Numbered from the stretch's first letter, positions 38,691-51,115 are shown. The stretch: DNA of 64,000 nucleotides from Octopus sinensis (GCF_006345805.1 NC_042999.1:63922001-63986000), one strand, 5' to 3'. The notes: generated from the letters alone by a model not told the origin. Made by a program: numbers and translations.

Positions 38691-39564
38691 GATCATGTTG
38701 AGGCACACAAGCTGGCTCGAGGTGCAAGACCTGTTTTATTATAGGTTGTTTCTCAACATTGTATTCTATATTCTGTGCGTGCACTCCTTTCATCACTGGT
38801 TTTGTTTTCATTCCAGCATTTATTCAAATATAAATACTGATTTTGACAAAGTATTAAAGTTCCATTATTTGTTGGATAGGTAATGAAAATTAGAATTAAG
38901 ATAAAATTAAGATTAAGATTGAATTATAATTAATGTTATAATTACTATAAAAATCAAAATTAACTTAAAATTACAATTAAAATTAAAAATCTAAATAAAT
39001 TAAATTAAATATTTAAAACTACAAATAGCCTTACAATTAATGTAAATTGAAATTATCTTACATTTGAAATTAAATAATGCCTATTAAATCAAAATTAAAA
39101 TTTGAAATGATTAAAGTAATTTGAACTAGAATAAAATACTAAAAAATAAAATAAAATTATAATTAAAATTAAATTGAAAATTAATTCAAAATACAATTAA
39201 AATCAAAATTAGAATGAAAAGAAACTAAAATGAAGTTATAATCGCAATTATTGTTCAAATCACAATTACAATTATCTCATTATGTTGCTGGTGTTAATTT
39301 CAACACACCATGATGTACAGAAGGCTTGCCCTGCGCACCGTTTCCACTCGGAACCAATAGTGATTAAAACCAAATTCTAAATGTCATGAAATCTAACACT
39401 TTGCTTCCGTCTCAATTATCTTTATCACCTTTAAAGCTGTTAATCGTTTCTCTCCTCATGTACGAAACTCAGAGAACATAACCTTTGACAAGTCATGAGG
39501 ACGAACACAAAATCTTTTAGGAAGGAGTGAGTTCAGCTCATTCCGAAGAAACACTGGTCAATAT

Positions 39565-39790
39565 TATACTATCTATCTATCTATCCGCTCAGTCGAAGTC
39601 GACTCTCGGTCACTCGTTGGATCAGTGTCCTCCAATCAGTTCTATCCTGAGGCGCTTCTTTCAGATTGGCTATGTCCATTCCGGTATCCCTCTTGATGGT
39701 GTCAAGCCAGCGGGTTCTTGGTCGGCCTCTTCTTCTCTTGCAACTGACCATTCCGAGCATGATGTCCTTCTCCAGGGATTTTCTCCGCAT
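39565..39790 (-). mobile_element. 3' end of a BovB-like RTE LINE with (GATA)n tail
   Basis: EKDIMLGMVSCKRRRGRPRTRWLDTIKRDTGM...DRTDWRTLIQRVTESRLRLSG* follows the BovB/RTE C-terminal pattern. Confidence 0.82.
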
Positions 39791-40551
39791 ACAATATTAT
39801 ACATCGCTATAATATTGTGCTGGGAGAGTCGTTAGCACATCGGACCAAATGCTGAGTGGTATTTCTTCTGACTGTTTACATTCCGAGTGCAAATACTGTC
39901 GACGTCCACTTTGCCTTTTAGCCTTTCAGGGTCGATAAAATAAGTACCAGTTAAACACTGGGGTCGATGTTGTCGACTTCCGTTTCTCCTTTAAAAAGCT
40001 AGCCCTGTGACTAAATTAGAAAGAATTTTACACAGCAATGCTGTTGATATATCACCTCGTGGTGCCTACATACGGTTTGACTTACCGGGCCTTTGAAACA
40101 TAAAACTTAAATGTGTTGGCTATGGATACTCAACCTCATTTGTCTTGAGCCAATGAGGAAACCTCATCACAAATGGTTTTACAATCACGAATGGTTATAT
40201 AATATCTGTGCTACAGGTATCAGAAATAAAAACAGAACTGTTATATGTAACCACGAGCAGAATGCTCCACCCCCGTCCAATGGATGGTGCTGAGTTGTCA
40301 AACATTTAAACCAAATTTTCTCAGAACAACTTGTCCGACTGTCCCATAGAAACACTGATTTAACCTAAATTTGATACTCTAGCAAAAGAAGAAATAAAGA
40401 TAGACTTTTTTTCTATTCCAAAGAAAAACGATTTTATTCACTTCATCGATCGCATTCTCACCTGGAATCGATTTTTGTAATTTTTTCAAGATTTATACAC
40501 GCCCTGATACCGTCGGTATCTATATATCAAATTTCAGCGATAAAGAAAAAT

Positions 40552-40606
<55 letters not shown>

Positions 40607-40816
40607 TAAAAAAAAAATAAAGAAAAAAGAAATGGCTAAAATTTTCGTTTTGGAAACTTTAAAGCAGTTACGATCATACGGATAGCGAGAAATACGTGGT
40701 TCGAGTTTCTATTCACATTTCTTTTCAGTCTAAGATTTGTGTTAATAAAGTGTTTAATCTCTCTATATAAAATTTTTTATATAAAGTGTGTGCATGTATG
40801 TATGTATGTATGTATG

Positions 40817-40847
<31 letters not shown>

Positions 40848-40885
40848 GCTTGCCTTCCTGCATGTATGTATGCATGTATGCATAT

Positions 40886-43211
40886 TAGGGTTACAAATAT
40901 TTTTGCAACTCCATAGTCCTGTATGATATTCTAATGAGCCTTTGTATCTGATCAAAAAAGTTCACCTATGACTAACTTTGAAATGTTTATACTCGAACTA
41001 GAACCCTGGTTGAATAATAAATAAAATAAAGGGAAACGATCCAAAATGTTAAAAGAACTGTATTCTATATATAAAGTCAAATTAGTCAATATAAAGTCAA
41101 ATTAGTCAATAGTCAAGTTACGGCAAGTCATTAGAGAGATTGAAACGCAGTGGTAGGTTGGTTTTGTTCTTGCATATGGCGTATAGTTCTTGCATGACCT
41201 TAATTGCTCGCTCACAGCACTGATTGCTTCTGCTGACGTTTAGTTCTGATGGCACTTGTTTGTCAAGCATTTCAAAGCAGTCTTGTAGGGTAGTAAGGCT
41301 TGCGATAGCTCTGCATAATCTTCAGCTCTATACACTTGGTCACTGAACCAGTGGTCCACCCAGTCATATGAGATGAACTGGCAGACCATCTGCAATCTAT
41401 CTCTCACATGTGGCATGAGGAAAAATGCAAGAAGAGCTAAGACTGCTCGCGAATTCCATCTGGCATTACTGATGTTCGGAATTTTCTGTAACTTGATGAA
41501 AGGTAGGCCTCCGTTTTCATGGAAGAACTTGAAGGCACGAGTTAAGTGAAACAGAAACTTTATATCATCTCTCCAGCCAGTTCGATCTTCAATGACATAA
41601 GTTCCATTATGGAAGGAGCTCTGGAGTCCTTCATAACTTGTCATAAGTTCTTTGACAAAAAAAATGTTCGGCGAGTTGCTTGTGCCTGCTAGCTCCTCAT
41701 CCATAACAACGCGCAGGATTCTGTCCAAGACATAGTGTTGATAGCTCACAAATTGTGGCCTGTCATAGCCTTTGCTCAAGAACATTCTCTGCAGTCTAAC
41801 CACTACCCAACTCTTTTGTCCTGTATTCACACTCGTCGTATCAGCAATAATCATTGAGATTGTGCCCCACAAGTGAAATTCGTCCAAGACGCTTTTCAAT
41901 CCTTCGGCAATGGTTTCAGCTTGGCCATCACACAGCTTCAGAGCAGCTAGCTAGATTTCATTTGTTTCATTCTTGATGACAACCGCTTGATATTCATTTC
42001 CGTCAATATGGTTACCATCGAAATGCAGGCTCCATTTCTGATTGCGTAGCGAATCGATCAAGTGTTTCTTCATTTCACCAGCTTTCTTGAAGAGTGCCTT
42101 GTAAATACCTTGCTGACTAGGAGCTGGGATATCAATGACCTCCTCTGACAACTGGTTGCAGATTTTCGCAGCTTTGTTGGTAGAGACGTTTGTTCCAGTT
42201 ACAAGTCTCGTAGCAATTGCAGATGTGTTGTGCTTTCTTGTGGAGGAATAAGTGACATTACTTTCACTATCATTTTGATCAACTCTGTCATCTTCACCAT
42301 AATTGTACACTTCCATCTCTTCTTCTTCAGAGTCACTGTCAGTATCCAGAGCTGTTGGGTTTGGTAAAGAATGGGAGGCTTCAGCATCAGAGCATCTTCT
42401 CTTGAAAGGATGGAGAGTGTGCGTGCTTGCAGCTTTGCCTGTCGAAGAGCCAAATTTGCCCTTGTTTTGGAGTTGAATGAAATACAACTTTTTGTCACCA
42501 GCATTGAGCCATTCACCGTGGACTTTGGTGATATCGAACAGTTCTTCTAATGGCTCAAATTCTCATTTCTTGGCATATTTTTCAATCAAATAAAGCACAT
42601 TTTCGAACTTGAACCCTATTGCTTGCTCGGAAATGATTGGAAAATTCAGTTTATCTCTCCAAAATAGTGTCACCTCTCTTGATAATTCTGCCACTCTCTC
42701 CTGCCTTTAATTGGTTTCCCAAGAAACTGGTATCGACCAACAAACTATTCTTTGAGTGACATTCGGCTTCTGTTGGCTAGTAAGGCTTCTTCTACAGGTA
42801 CATGACCTCTAGATGAATGGGACTGGAACTGCACCAAATCCTCCTCGAGGCTTTTCTTGAATGTCACACCGCTAGCAGTCATGCAGAGCTCACACTGAAA
42901 CCGAAACAAGGGCGAAAGTGAAAGAAGAACTTAATTATTTGCTTCACGACAAAGAATGATGACTTAGCAATACAATCTAATCACCACTGAAGTCTTATAA
43001 ATGATAAGAATTTATTGAATTTATTGCGAGGCAACCTTGCCCATATTCAAACAAGTTTTGCATAAGAATACAAACATGAATTCATGGGTGAACTTTTTTT
43101 AAAGATAGCTCAAAAGTGAGTTCACTTTAGTTACTTAGGCATAAAGGTTCATCTAAATATGATACAGGAAATTGTTTTTGAGGAAAAAAGAATTAAAAAG
43201 TTGTATCCCTA
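40886..43211 (-). mobile_element. hAT-like DNA transposon, frameshifted transposase, inserted in (ATGT)n
   Basis: TAGGG(t/a)TACAA termini with long imperfect subterminal similarity; flanks atgcatat/atgtatgt (decayed 8-bp TSD). LHFDG, ADTTSVNTG, CxxH-like QHYVLD and ARWNSR motifs. Confidence 0.75.
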
Positions 43212-43303
43212 ATGTATGTATGTATGTATGTATGTATGTATGGTTGCTTTTCTGTATGTATGCATTCATTCATATATGTATGTATGTATGTATCTCTACC
43301 TAC

Positions 43304-43403
<100 letters not shown>

Positions 43404-43533
43404 TTATCTATCTAGTTGAGTGGAACTTCAAGTTCCGGCTTTATAATCAATAAGTTTCCCTCTATTAAAATGTTTAAGTGTCGCCATCAGTAAATGTTCC
43501 ATTGTTTTCAGAAGTTGATCAACAATGCCGGAT

Positions 43534-43578
<45 letters not shown>

Positions 43579-44324
43579 ACACACACACACACACACACCA
43601 CACACACACAATCTTAGTAGCTGTAATTGTTAAGGAGTGACTTAACGATCTAGAGTTACATTCGAAAACACTTAGGTAACTGAGTAGGATAAGTGCGTTG
43701 ATACGTAAATCTAAGCCGTGGAATCACTCACATAACAATCACGGTTCATAAAAGATGACAAACTCTGCTTTATTTATTGAATACTTTCTTTCTCTCTCCT
43801 TCTCTCTCTCTCTCATCCGTTTGTAAAACCCAGCATGGCTATACACATATACATTTGCCCATACACATGCACATATATGCGCGCGAAGTATTGATGCTCA
43901 TGACGTTGATACTAAGGGACATATCCTTAACGACATACGTAGCGGGGACTAGCGAAAACTTTCGTTTATTTTTACGTCGCTTGGTGTCCGGTGTCTGCTA
44001 AAAATCTATGCTGGAATAATTGCGGCTAGATATGAGAAAACACTTAGCTGACAACGTAGCCTTTGACCTTTCACCGTAATATGTCAAATGTTAATAGCGA
44101 TCAAACCATGAAACGAGAGTATCCAAAGATAGGGAAAAGATAGGGGTAAGTAAACGATATGAGGGACAAATTGGAGTATGTTTATGGACGCTATTTGTCT
44201 GGTTCTTTAATCTATCAGAACCCACTGTAGCTGGGGTGTAATGTATATTGTAATAGAGCCAAACAATGAATTACCAACTGCAGAAGGGACGATAATGCTT
44301 CAAGAATACAAATTAATATGTATG

Positions 44325-44367
<43 letters not shown>

Positions 44368-44646
44368 GTGTGTGCGCGTGTACACACGCAGATATGTGTG
44401 TGTGTGTATATGCGTATATGTTGTTTGGAAGCAGGGCAGCTCACATGACCTTTAACAAATTCCCTAAAATTGATGGTGGTGTGAGGGTGAAACGGAGGTT
44501 GAAACTACAACTCATGGGTTGCGGCAACATGAAACAGCGCATCAGCATATTTAGTTATCTGTCTTTAGATCGGAACTTTGGCCAGCATGAATGAATACAT
44601 GTATCCGTGTGTGTGTGTCGGCGTGCATATGTGGGTGTATGTATAT

Positions 44647-44677
<31 letters not shown>

Positions 44678-44741
44678 TTGTTATACTTGGAGATGGTCAT
44701 TTCTCTTTTTGTCAATTAAACACACGCACTATTTATTTGAG

Positions 44742-44950
44742 CGTCACTTCAGCCGAGCAAAATGCTTAGCGGCATTTCACTAGTCCTTATGTTCTGAGTT
44801 CAAATTTCGTCGAGGTGGTCTTTGGCTTTCATCCTTTCGGGGTTGATAAATTAAGTACCAATAGAATACTGGGGTCGATGTAATCACCTAGTTCCCCCCC
44901 CCCACGCAAATTTCAAGCCTTGCACCTTTACTAAAAAGGATTATTTTTAT
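44742..44950 (+). mobile_element. SINE family B inserted in a PLE-like repeat
   Basis: Flanked by segments homologous to 22698-22850. Confidence 0.75.
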
Positions 44951-44994
44951 TCTGCACGTCTGTCAAACCTCTTTCGCTACACGTTCTGTGACCC

Positions 44995-45165
44995 CATCAG
45001 TGACTCTCTGTCCCATGTGTCTCCTCTTGCCATCAGTGACTTTCTCTCCCATGTATCGCTTCTTGTCGTCAGTGACTCTCTCTCCTATGTGTTGCTTCTT
45101 GTCATCAGTGACTCTCTCTCCTATGTGTCGCTTTTTGTCATCAGCGACTCTCTGTCCCATGTGTC
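44995..45165. repeat. 36-bp minisatellite (about 4.5 units)
   Basis: Unit catcagtgactctctctcccatgtgtcgcttcttgt; 12-aa periodicity in ORF 44963-45160. Confidence 0.9.
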
Positions 45166-46010
45166 CTTCTCGTCGAACTCGTTAGAGTGTCCTATAGACA
45201 CTAATTATCGCACTAATTATTCTGGTGCTCTGAGTTCAAATATCGCCTTGGTCAGTTTTGCTTTCATTCTTTCAGCGTTGATAAATAAAGTATCAGCCAA
45301 GTTGGTGGATTTGCAGAATATCAGAGCATTGGATACTTTCATCGTCTCCTTTTTAAATATTCCACCCGCTTTGAATTTAAAATCATCGTTATCTTCCTCA
45401 CGGTTGGTCAATTGAGAGCCGCCCGACCTCCACCACACCGCACAAGCAAAACATACACATCCACATCTAACCCTAAACCCACACATCCACACAGAAACTC
45501 ACACACACATGCACACACACATGAATACACTTCGACACATCTCCACACATTCAATAAATTACAGAGTGCATGTCTGTCATCGCATGGCTTATAGATAAAT
45601 CAATACAGGCAGCAGTGTCTAACACTAACACACACTCACACGCACATCCGCATAAATATTAATACACTTTCCTATACTGTGTCAGGGAACTTACACACAC
45701 ACATATATATATATTTAAATATATATCTGCACACTCATACGTAATGTACAATTGACTATGTATATTTGCATCTAGGTACTAATTTGTGTATGTTTATTAT
45801 CACAATACTAAGTCGAAAAACTGAGACATTGAATGTGGAACACATATATGTTTACTAATTTATATTATTTATTTATATAATTATGTATATGTATATTTTT
45901 ATATGTATAGGAGTGTGAGTATATGCACTCATATGTATATATATATGTTGTATTATGGGTATGCACCCACACCCCTGTGGGTATATATGTAGACTGATTT
46001 ATATTACATA

Positions 46011-46137
46011 ATCTCCGAAGAGGCCTTATGATATTTTTGTAAATGTCTCATTTATATCTATATATTGACCAACCATAAAGGGCTAATATTGGTAAAATGA
46101 GACATACTTATCTACATGGCCGAAACAGCTGTAAGAT
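46011..46137 (+). ncRNA. Hammerhead-like motif with CCGAAGA core and 92-nt stem II insertion
   Basis: Stem I atct/agat, stem II ggcc/ggcc, GAAAC-agct-GUA with palindromic ACAGCUGU. Confidence 0.6.
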
Positions 46138-46622
46138 GTAATCTATTCTTATATTTATATTTACTTATATTTATATTCTCTTTTATATATATTCTACTTA
46201 TTATACAACATTACTCGTTTATGTACACTTTTTTATGTACATTCCTTTATGTACACTGATTTGTTCTGCTTTTTATATTTAACCTACAGTCTCTTATGTG
46301 GTGGTTTAATAAGTATGTGATTGAGTATTATCTGGTAATTGATATTTGATTTAGATGTATTTCTCCATTTTCTTATCTTGTATTAGTAATTTGTGGTAAA
46401 TCATTTTACCTTTGCCATATAATACAGTAAATGAAATAATTGCATCGCAATCATTAACATTTATGTATTAATTTTGTTGGGTACTTCACTAGCAGTATAT
46501 TGGATATATGTTATCCCATGGAGGGTTGCATTTACAACCCCTTTCTCAATTTGTATATATGATATATATATATATTATATATATATAATATATATGTGTG
46601 TGGTGTGTGTGTGTGTGTTGTG

Positions 46623-46661
<39 letters not shown>

Positions 46662-46689
46662 GTGTGTGTGTGTGTGTTTGTGTGTGTGT

Positions 46690-46897
46690 TTGTGTGTCTG
46701 TGTTTTTCCCCCCAACATCGCTTGACAACCGATGCTGGTGTGTTTACGTTCCCGTAACTTAGCGGTTCGGCATAAGAGACCGATAGAATAAGTACTAGGC
46801 TTACAAAGAATAAGTCCTGGGGTCGATTTGCTCGACTAAAGGCGGTGCTCCACAGTCAAATGACTGAAACAAGTAAAAGAGTAAAAGAGTAAAAGAG
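46690..46897 (+). mobile_element. SINE family A, 3' half
   Basis: Family A tail after (TG)n. Confidence 0.8.
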
Positions 46898-47076
46898 GAT
46901 TTGAATATTTTTTAAAGTTGTATTTGATATTTCAAATACACACACCTTAATAATTATTCTCCCCTTTTATTCCGGTATCATTAACGGATGTAAACAACAG
47001 AATTACTTTAGTATATAACACTGGGGAGTGTTTAAGTGGAAATATCGGAAGATCTTAACAAAGATTACGAGCTTAC

Positions 47077-47565
47077 TTCCGGAGTGAGTGAGAATATACT
47101 GGAGCGACTTTGATATTCCTGCATGAACAGTAGATGCCGTTTGTATGTGAAAGTGGTATTTCGTTCATTAAGGCGGCGAGTTGGCAGAAACGTTAGCACG
47201 CCGGGCGAAATACTTAGCGTTATTTCGTCTGCCGTTACGTTCTGAGTTCAAATTCCAACGAGGTCGACTTTGCCTTTCATCCTTCCGGAGTCGATAAATT
47301 AAGTACTAGTTACGCACTGGCGGTCGATGTAATCGACTTAACTCCTTTGTCTGTCCTTGTTTGTCCACTCTATGTTTAGCCCCTTGTGGGTAGTAAAGCA
47401 ATAGGTATTTCGTTCATATCGAGTATTTTTGTTATTGAGTAGGTTGCCTTTGAATTCTCTGAGAATGGTCCGTTTGTATCCTTTGATGACACTAAGTGTG
47501 CTAATGTGTATTCTTTGTATCTCATTAAAGAGGCATTGGAAGATGTGGATGTGTGAGTAACAGAA
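47077..47565 (-). pseudogene. Candidate 240-nt symmetric exon interrupted by a SINE
   Basis: Acceptor ttatttttccag| and donor gaa|gtaagc. After removing the 249-nt insertion, two frames are open end to end. Confidence 0.4.
47169..47403 (+). mobile_element. SINE family B with 13-14-bp target-site duplication
   Basis: ggtatttcgttcat at 47155-47168 and 47404-47417. Confidence 0.9.
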
Positions 47566-47766
47566 CTGGAAAAATAATCGGTGGTCAATCCTCTCGCCCT
47601 TTTTTGTTTCTCATAGCAACACGGCCTGATTAACCATTTGGCATACAGATTACTTAGTCAAATGTAATGCTTATTTATTTCCATTGCTTTGAATTAATCA
47701 TGTACTGTCTCATAGCTTCGAGATCTTGATAACGTGATTGTTTGTTTTTCGAATGAGATTTATAAT

Positions 47767-48095
47767 GTCAAACCTCTTTCGTCACACATTCTGTGACCTC
47801 ATCAGTGACTCTCTGTCCCATGTGTCTCCTCTTGTCATCAGTGCCTCTGTCCCATGTGTCTCCACTTGCCATCAGTGACTTTCTCCCCCATGTGTCGCTT
47901 CTTGTCATCAGTGACTCTCTCTCCCATGTGTCGCTTATTGTCACTGATGGCAAGAGAAGACACATGGGACAGAGTCACTGATGACAAGAGGAGACACATG
48001 GGACAGAGTCACTGATGACAAGAGGAGACACACGGGTCAGAGTCCCTGATGAGGTCACAGAATGTGTGACGAAAGAGGTTTGACAGACGTGTGGA
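47767..48095. mobile_element. Head-to-head inverted minisatellite/HHR element
   Basis: HHR-like cores at 47767-47809 (-) and 48042-48084 (+); 36-bp units invert near 47940. Confidence 0.7.
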
Positions 48096-48265
48096 ATAAA
48101 AATAATCCTTTTCTACTAAAGGCACAAAGGCTTGAAATTTGCGGGGAGGGGACTAGTCGATTACATCGACCCCAGTACTTCACTGGTACATAATTTATCG
48201 ACCCCGAAAGGATGAAAGCCAAAGACCACCTCGACGAAATTTGAACTCAGAACGTAAGGACGGGT
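48095..48265 (-). mobile_element. SINE family B (paralogue of 44790-44950)
   Basis: Shares the diagnostic aaatttcgtcgaggtggtctttggc and the same 3' junction. Confidence 0.75.
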
Positions 48266-48268
48266 GAA

Positions 48269-48299
<31 letters not shown>

Positions 48300-48681
48300 T
48301 GTATGTATGTATGTATGTATGTATGTATGTATGTATGTATGTATGTATGTATGTATGTATGCATGCATGTACGTATGCATGCATGTACGTATGTATGCAT
48401 GTACGTATGTATGCATGTATGTATGTATGTATGTATGTATGTATGTATGTATGTATGTATGTATGTATGTGTGCATGTATGCATGCATGCATGTTTGCAT
48501 GTATGCATACGTGTACGTCAATCAGTCAGTCATTATTCAGTTTTATTTCAAGATTTCTTGCCAATAGAGAAAGAGCCCGTTTCTACCTTAGATCCAGGGC
48601 TCCTTCATTGGAATTTCAACATCAACAGGGAATTTTTGTATGTATGTATGTATGTATGTTTGCACGTACGTACGTACGTAC

Positions 48682-48773
<92 letters not shown>

Positions 48774-48799
48774 TAACTATCTATCTATCTTTTCTATAC

Positions 48800-48899
48800 N
48801 NNNNNNNNNNNNNNNNNNNNNNNNNNNNNNNNNNNNNNNNNNNNNNNNNNNNNNNNNNNNNNNNNNNNNNNNNNNNNNNNNNNNNNNNNNNNNNNNNNN
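48800..48899. other. Assembly gap
   Basis: 100 consecutive N. Confidence 1.
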
Positions 48900-49669
48900 G
48901 AAATGCTCCAGAGTGCTTATGGATAAGATTTCTCGCTAGCACCAGAGGTTCAAGGACGGTAGAGAGGAGGTGAGAGATGATGAGAGCTGCGGGAGAGAAA
49001 GAGAGAGGGAGAGAAAGAGAGAAAGAGAGAAAGAGAGAGAGAGGTCAGAACATCAGAACTGATTGAGAAAATTCGCAATTTTCTGGATAAATAAGAAGTA
49101 TTTGTGGCAACTGTATACAAATTATTGATAAAGATCTGAGCACGAGTAAAATTTGTGCAAATTTTATTCCCAGGATGTTCTGTGACGAGCAGCCTGGTAA
49201 CCAACTACTTGACTGAAATGGTCATCAAGACTGACCCTCACCCTCTCAACAGTCCATACCTTCCTGTGACTTTTCGTGGTTCCCCAGGCTGAAGGAGAAT
49301 CTCAGCGACAGTCGTTCAAAGACGAAGGCGGCTATGACAAGGGTCCTAGACGGCTTCACACATGGGGCCTTCAAGAAATGACTGGAATACTACAGTATTC
49401 ATTGAAGTCAAAGGATCTTACTTTGAAGGAAATTAGAGTTGTATACGTCTTTGAAATTAATAGACGTCTCGCTTGAAAAAGTCTGAAAACTTCTGGAATG
49501 CAACTTGTATATGAGACAAACATCGTGTTTATCTCGTAAACGTTGGTAAAACGTTGATTTAGGTTTCTTTTCGATATAGCTATTCCGATGGTCATTCCCC
49601 TATATTCCGAGCTGTCTTTCCGTCTTAATCTTCGGGAAGATTTCCACACGACCCTTCTTGTCAACTTAC

Positions 49670-49761
49670 AACGGCATACTCCATTTCTTTCTTTGCAATT
49701 GATATGAAAGCTTGTGCTACATAAGCCACAATACATTTTACAAGAATACATATCAAAAGGG
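49670..49761 (-). CDS. Candidate 92-nt coding exon of an unidentified gene
   Basis: Acceptor ccatctgttttcccag| and donor gtt|gtaagt. Open as LLICILVKCIVAYVAQAFISIAKKEMEYAV or as PFDMYSCKMYCGLCSTSFHINCKERNGVCR. Confidence 0.35.
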
Positions 49762-50864
49762 CTGGGAAAACAGATGGATCCATTAAATGGATGATTTGTT
49801 AGATCTACCCATTTCTTTCTATGACTTAAACAACAGAGATAAGTTTCTTAAACTGAAATATCTAATACACTGTTGAGTGTGGCGTCTGCAAACATTATAC
49901 TATGAAGTCTGTTGATATCGTATCGCGTACGAACTTAAGCCATTTTATTATTTCCTCAAAGTCTACTATTCCTATTCTTTTTTTGTCTTCTTAATACACC
50001 CTGACCCTGTTGTTTTGTGTGTAACCAAATAATCGTATCTGAAAGACAAAGCACTGAACTTTGCACATCTGTGACACATTTCTCATTATTCTAACAAGGT
50101 CTATCATTAAGATGTTCGATTTGGCATTTTCAACATTGTAGAATCTCTTCTAATTACTAGCGGATTTATCACGAGCCTTCTGTAATGTGGGTGAAGTATG
50201 CACCGTTTGGGTATTCCGTTGATGCTTATGTTCTCTGCCCATCACCCGATTCCCCATTGGTGACTTTTCTATGCTCAAGAATGAGATTTATGTATTGTAT
50301 AGTACAACCGTTTATGTGAAGAATCGTTTTGATGATAAGATTAATGTGTCAACATACCGAGAGCACAGTGCTATATTAATATTGGTTTCGAATTTTGGCA
50401 AATGGCCAGTAGTTTCCGGGAAGGCCAGCAATTTCGACCCCGGTGCTCAATTGGTACTTATTTTATCGACCCAGAAAAGATGAAAGGCAAAGTCGACCTT
50501 TGAACTCAGAACGTAAGGACTGACAAAATGCCGCTAAGCATTTTGCCCAGCATGAAAACGATTCTGCAGCTCGCTGCCTTCAAGTGCTATATTAATATTA
50601 GAAGCTCTTAATTTTTTAAATAAATTGCTTATTCCACCGCACCATAGAAAAGTTGGTGACATCCACCGATACCAACTACAATTGCATCAGTTTTCATCTG
50701 ATTATAAAGTAAGTGAAATTAAATGTGTGTTTTTTAAATGTGACTTTAAGGTTGGTGCCAAATGCATGTGTAGTCATACTTCTGACGCTTTATTATCTTG
50801 AAAGATGTTGGGTGGTTTACTTCATATGGGGTGGGGGCTTATACATATATAAATATATACATAC

Positions 50865-50909
<45 letters not shown>

Positions 50910-50919
50910 TATATATATA

Positions 50920-51112
50920 GGGGAGAATTAAAAAAACAAAAAACAAAAAAGACGAAGACAGGTGGTGTAGACAACAAACAGATGTATTAGTATAGCGCTC
51001 GGGAATTGAAAAAGTCTTTAACATTTCGAGCCTACGCTCTTCCACAGAAAGGAACACAGAAAGAAACCAGGAGAGAAAATAAGAATGTGAGTGGCTAGCG
51101 TTCTATCATGGC

Positions 51113-51115
<3 letters not shown>
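50920..51115 (-). mobile_element. Short PLE-like element with variant HHR core (CUGUGGA), between (TA)n tracts
   Basis: Reverse complement reads cttt-ctgtgga-a-gagc-gtag-gctc-gaaat-gtt-aaag. Confidence 0.65.

Noticed and set aside
44995-45165. CRISPR-like 36-bp repeats
   Set aside because: The units are directly tandem with no unique spacers, there are no cas genes, and the context is eukaryotic.
47443-47552. Plus-strand 110-nt exon (VAFEFSENGPF...)
   Set aside because: The acceptor is weak, and it is antisense to the better-supported minus-strand candidate.
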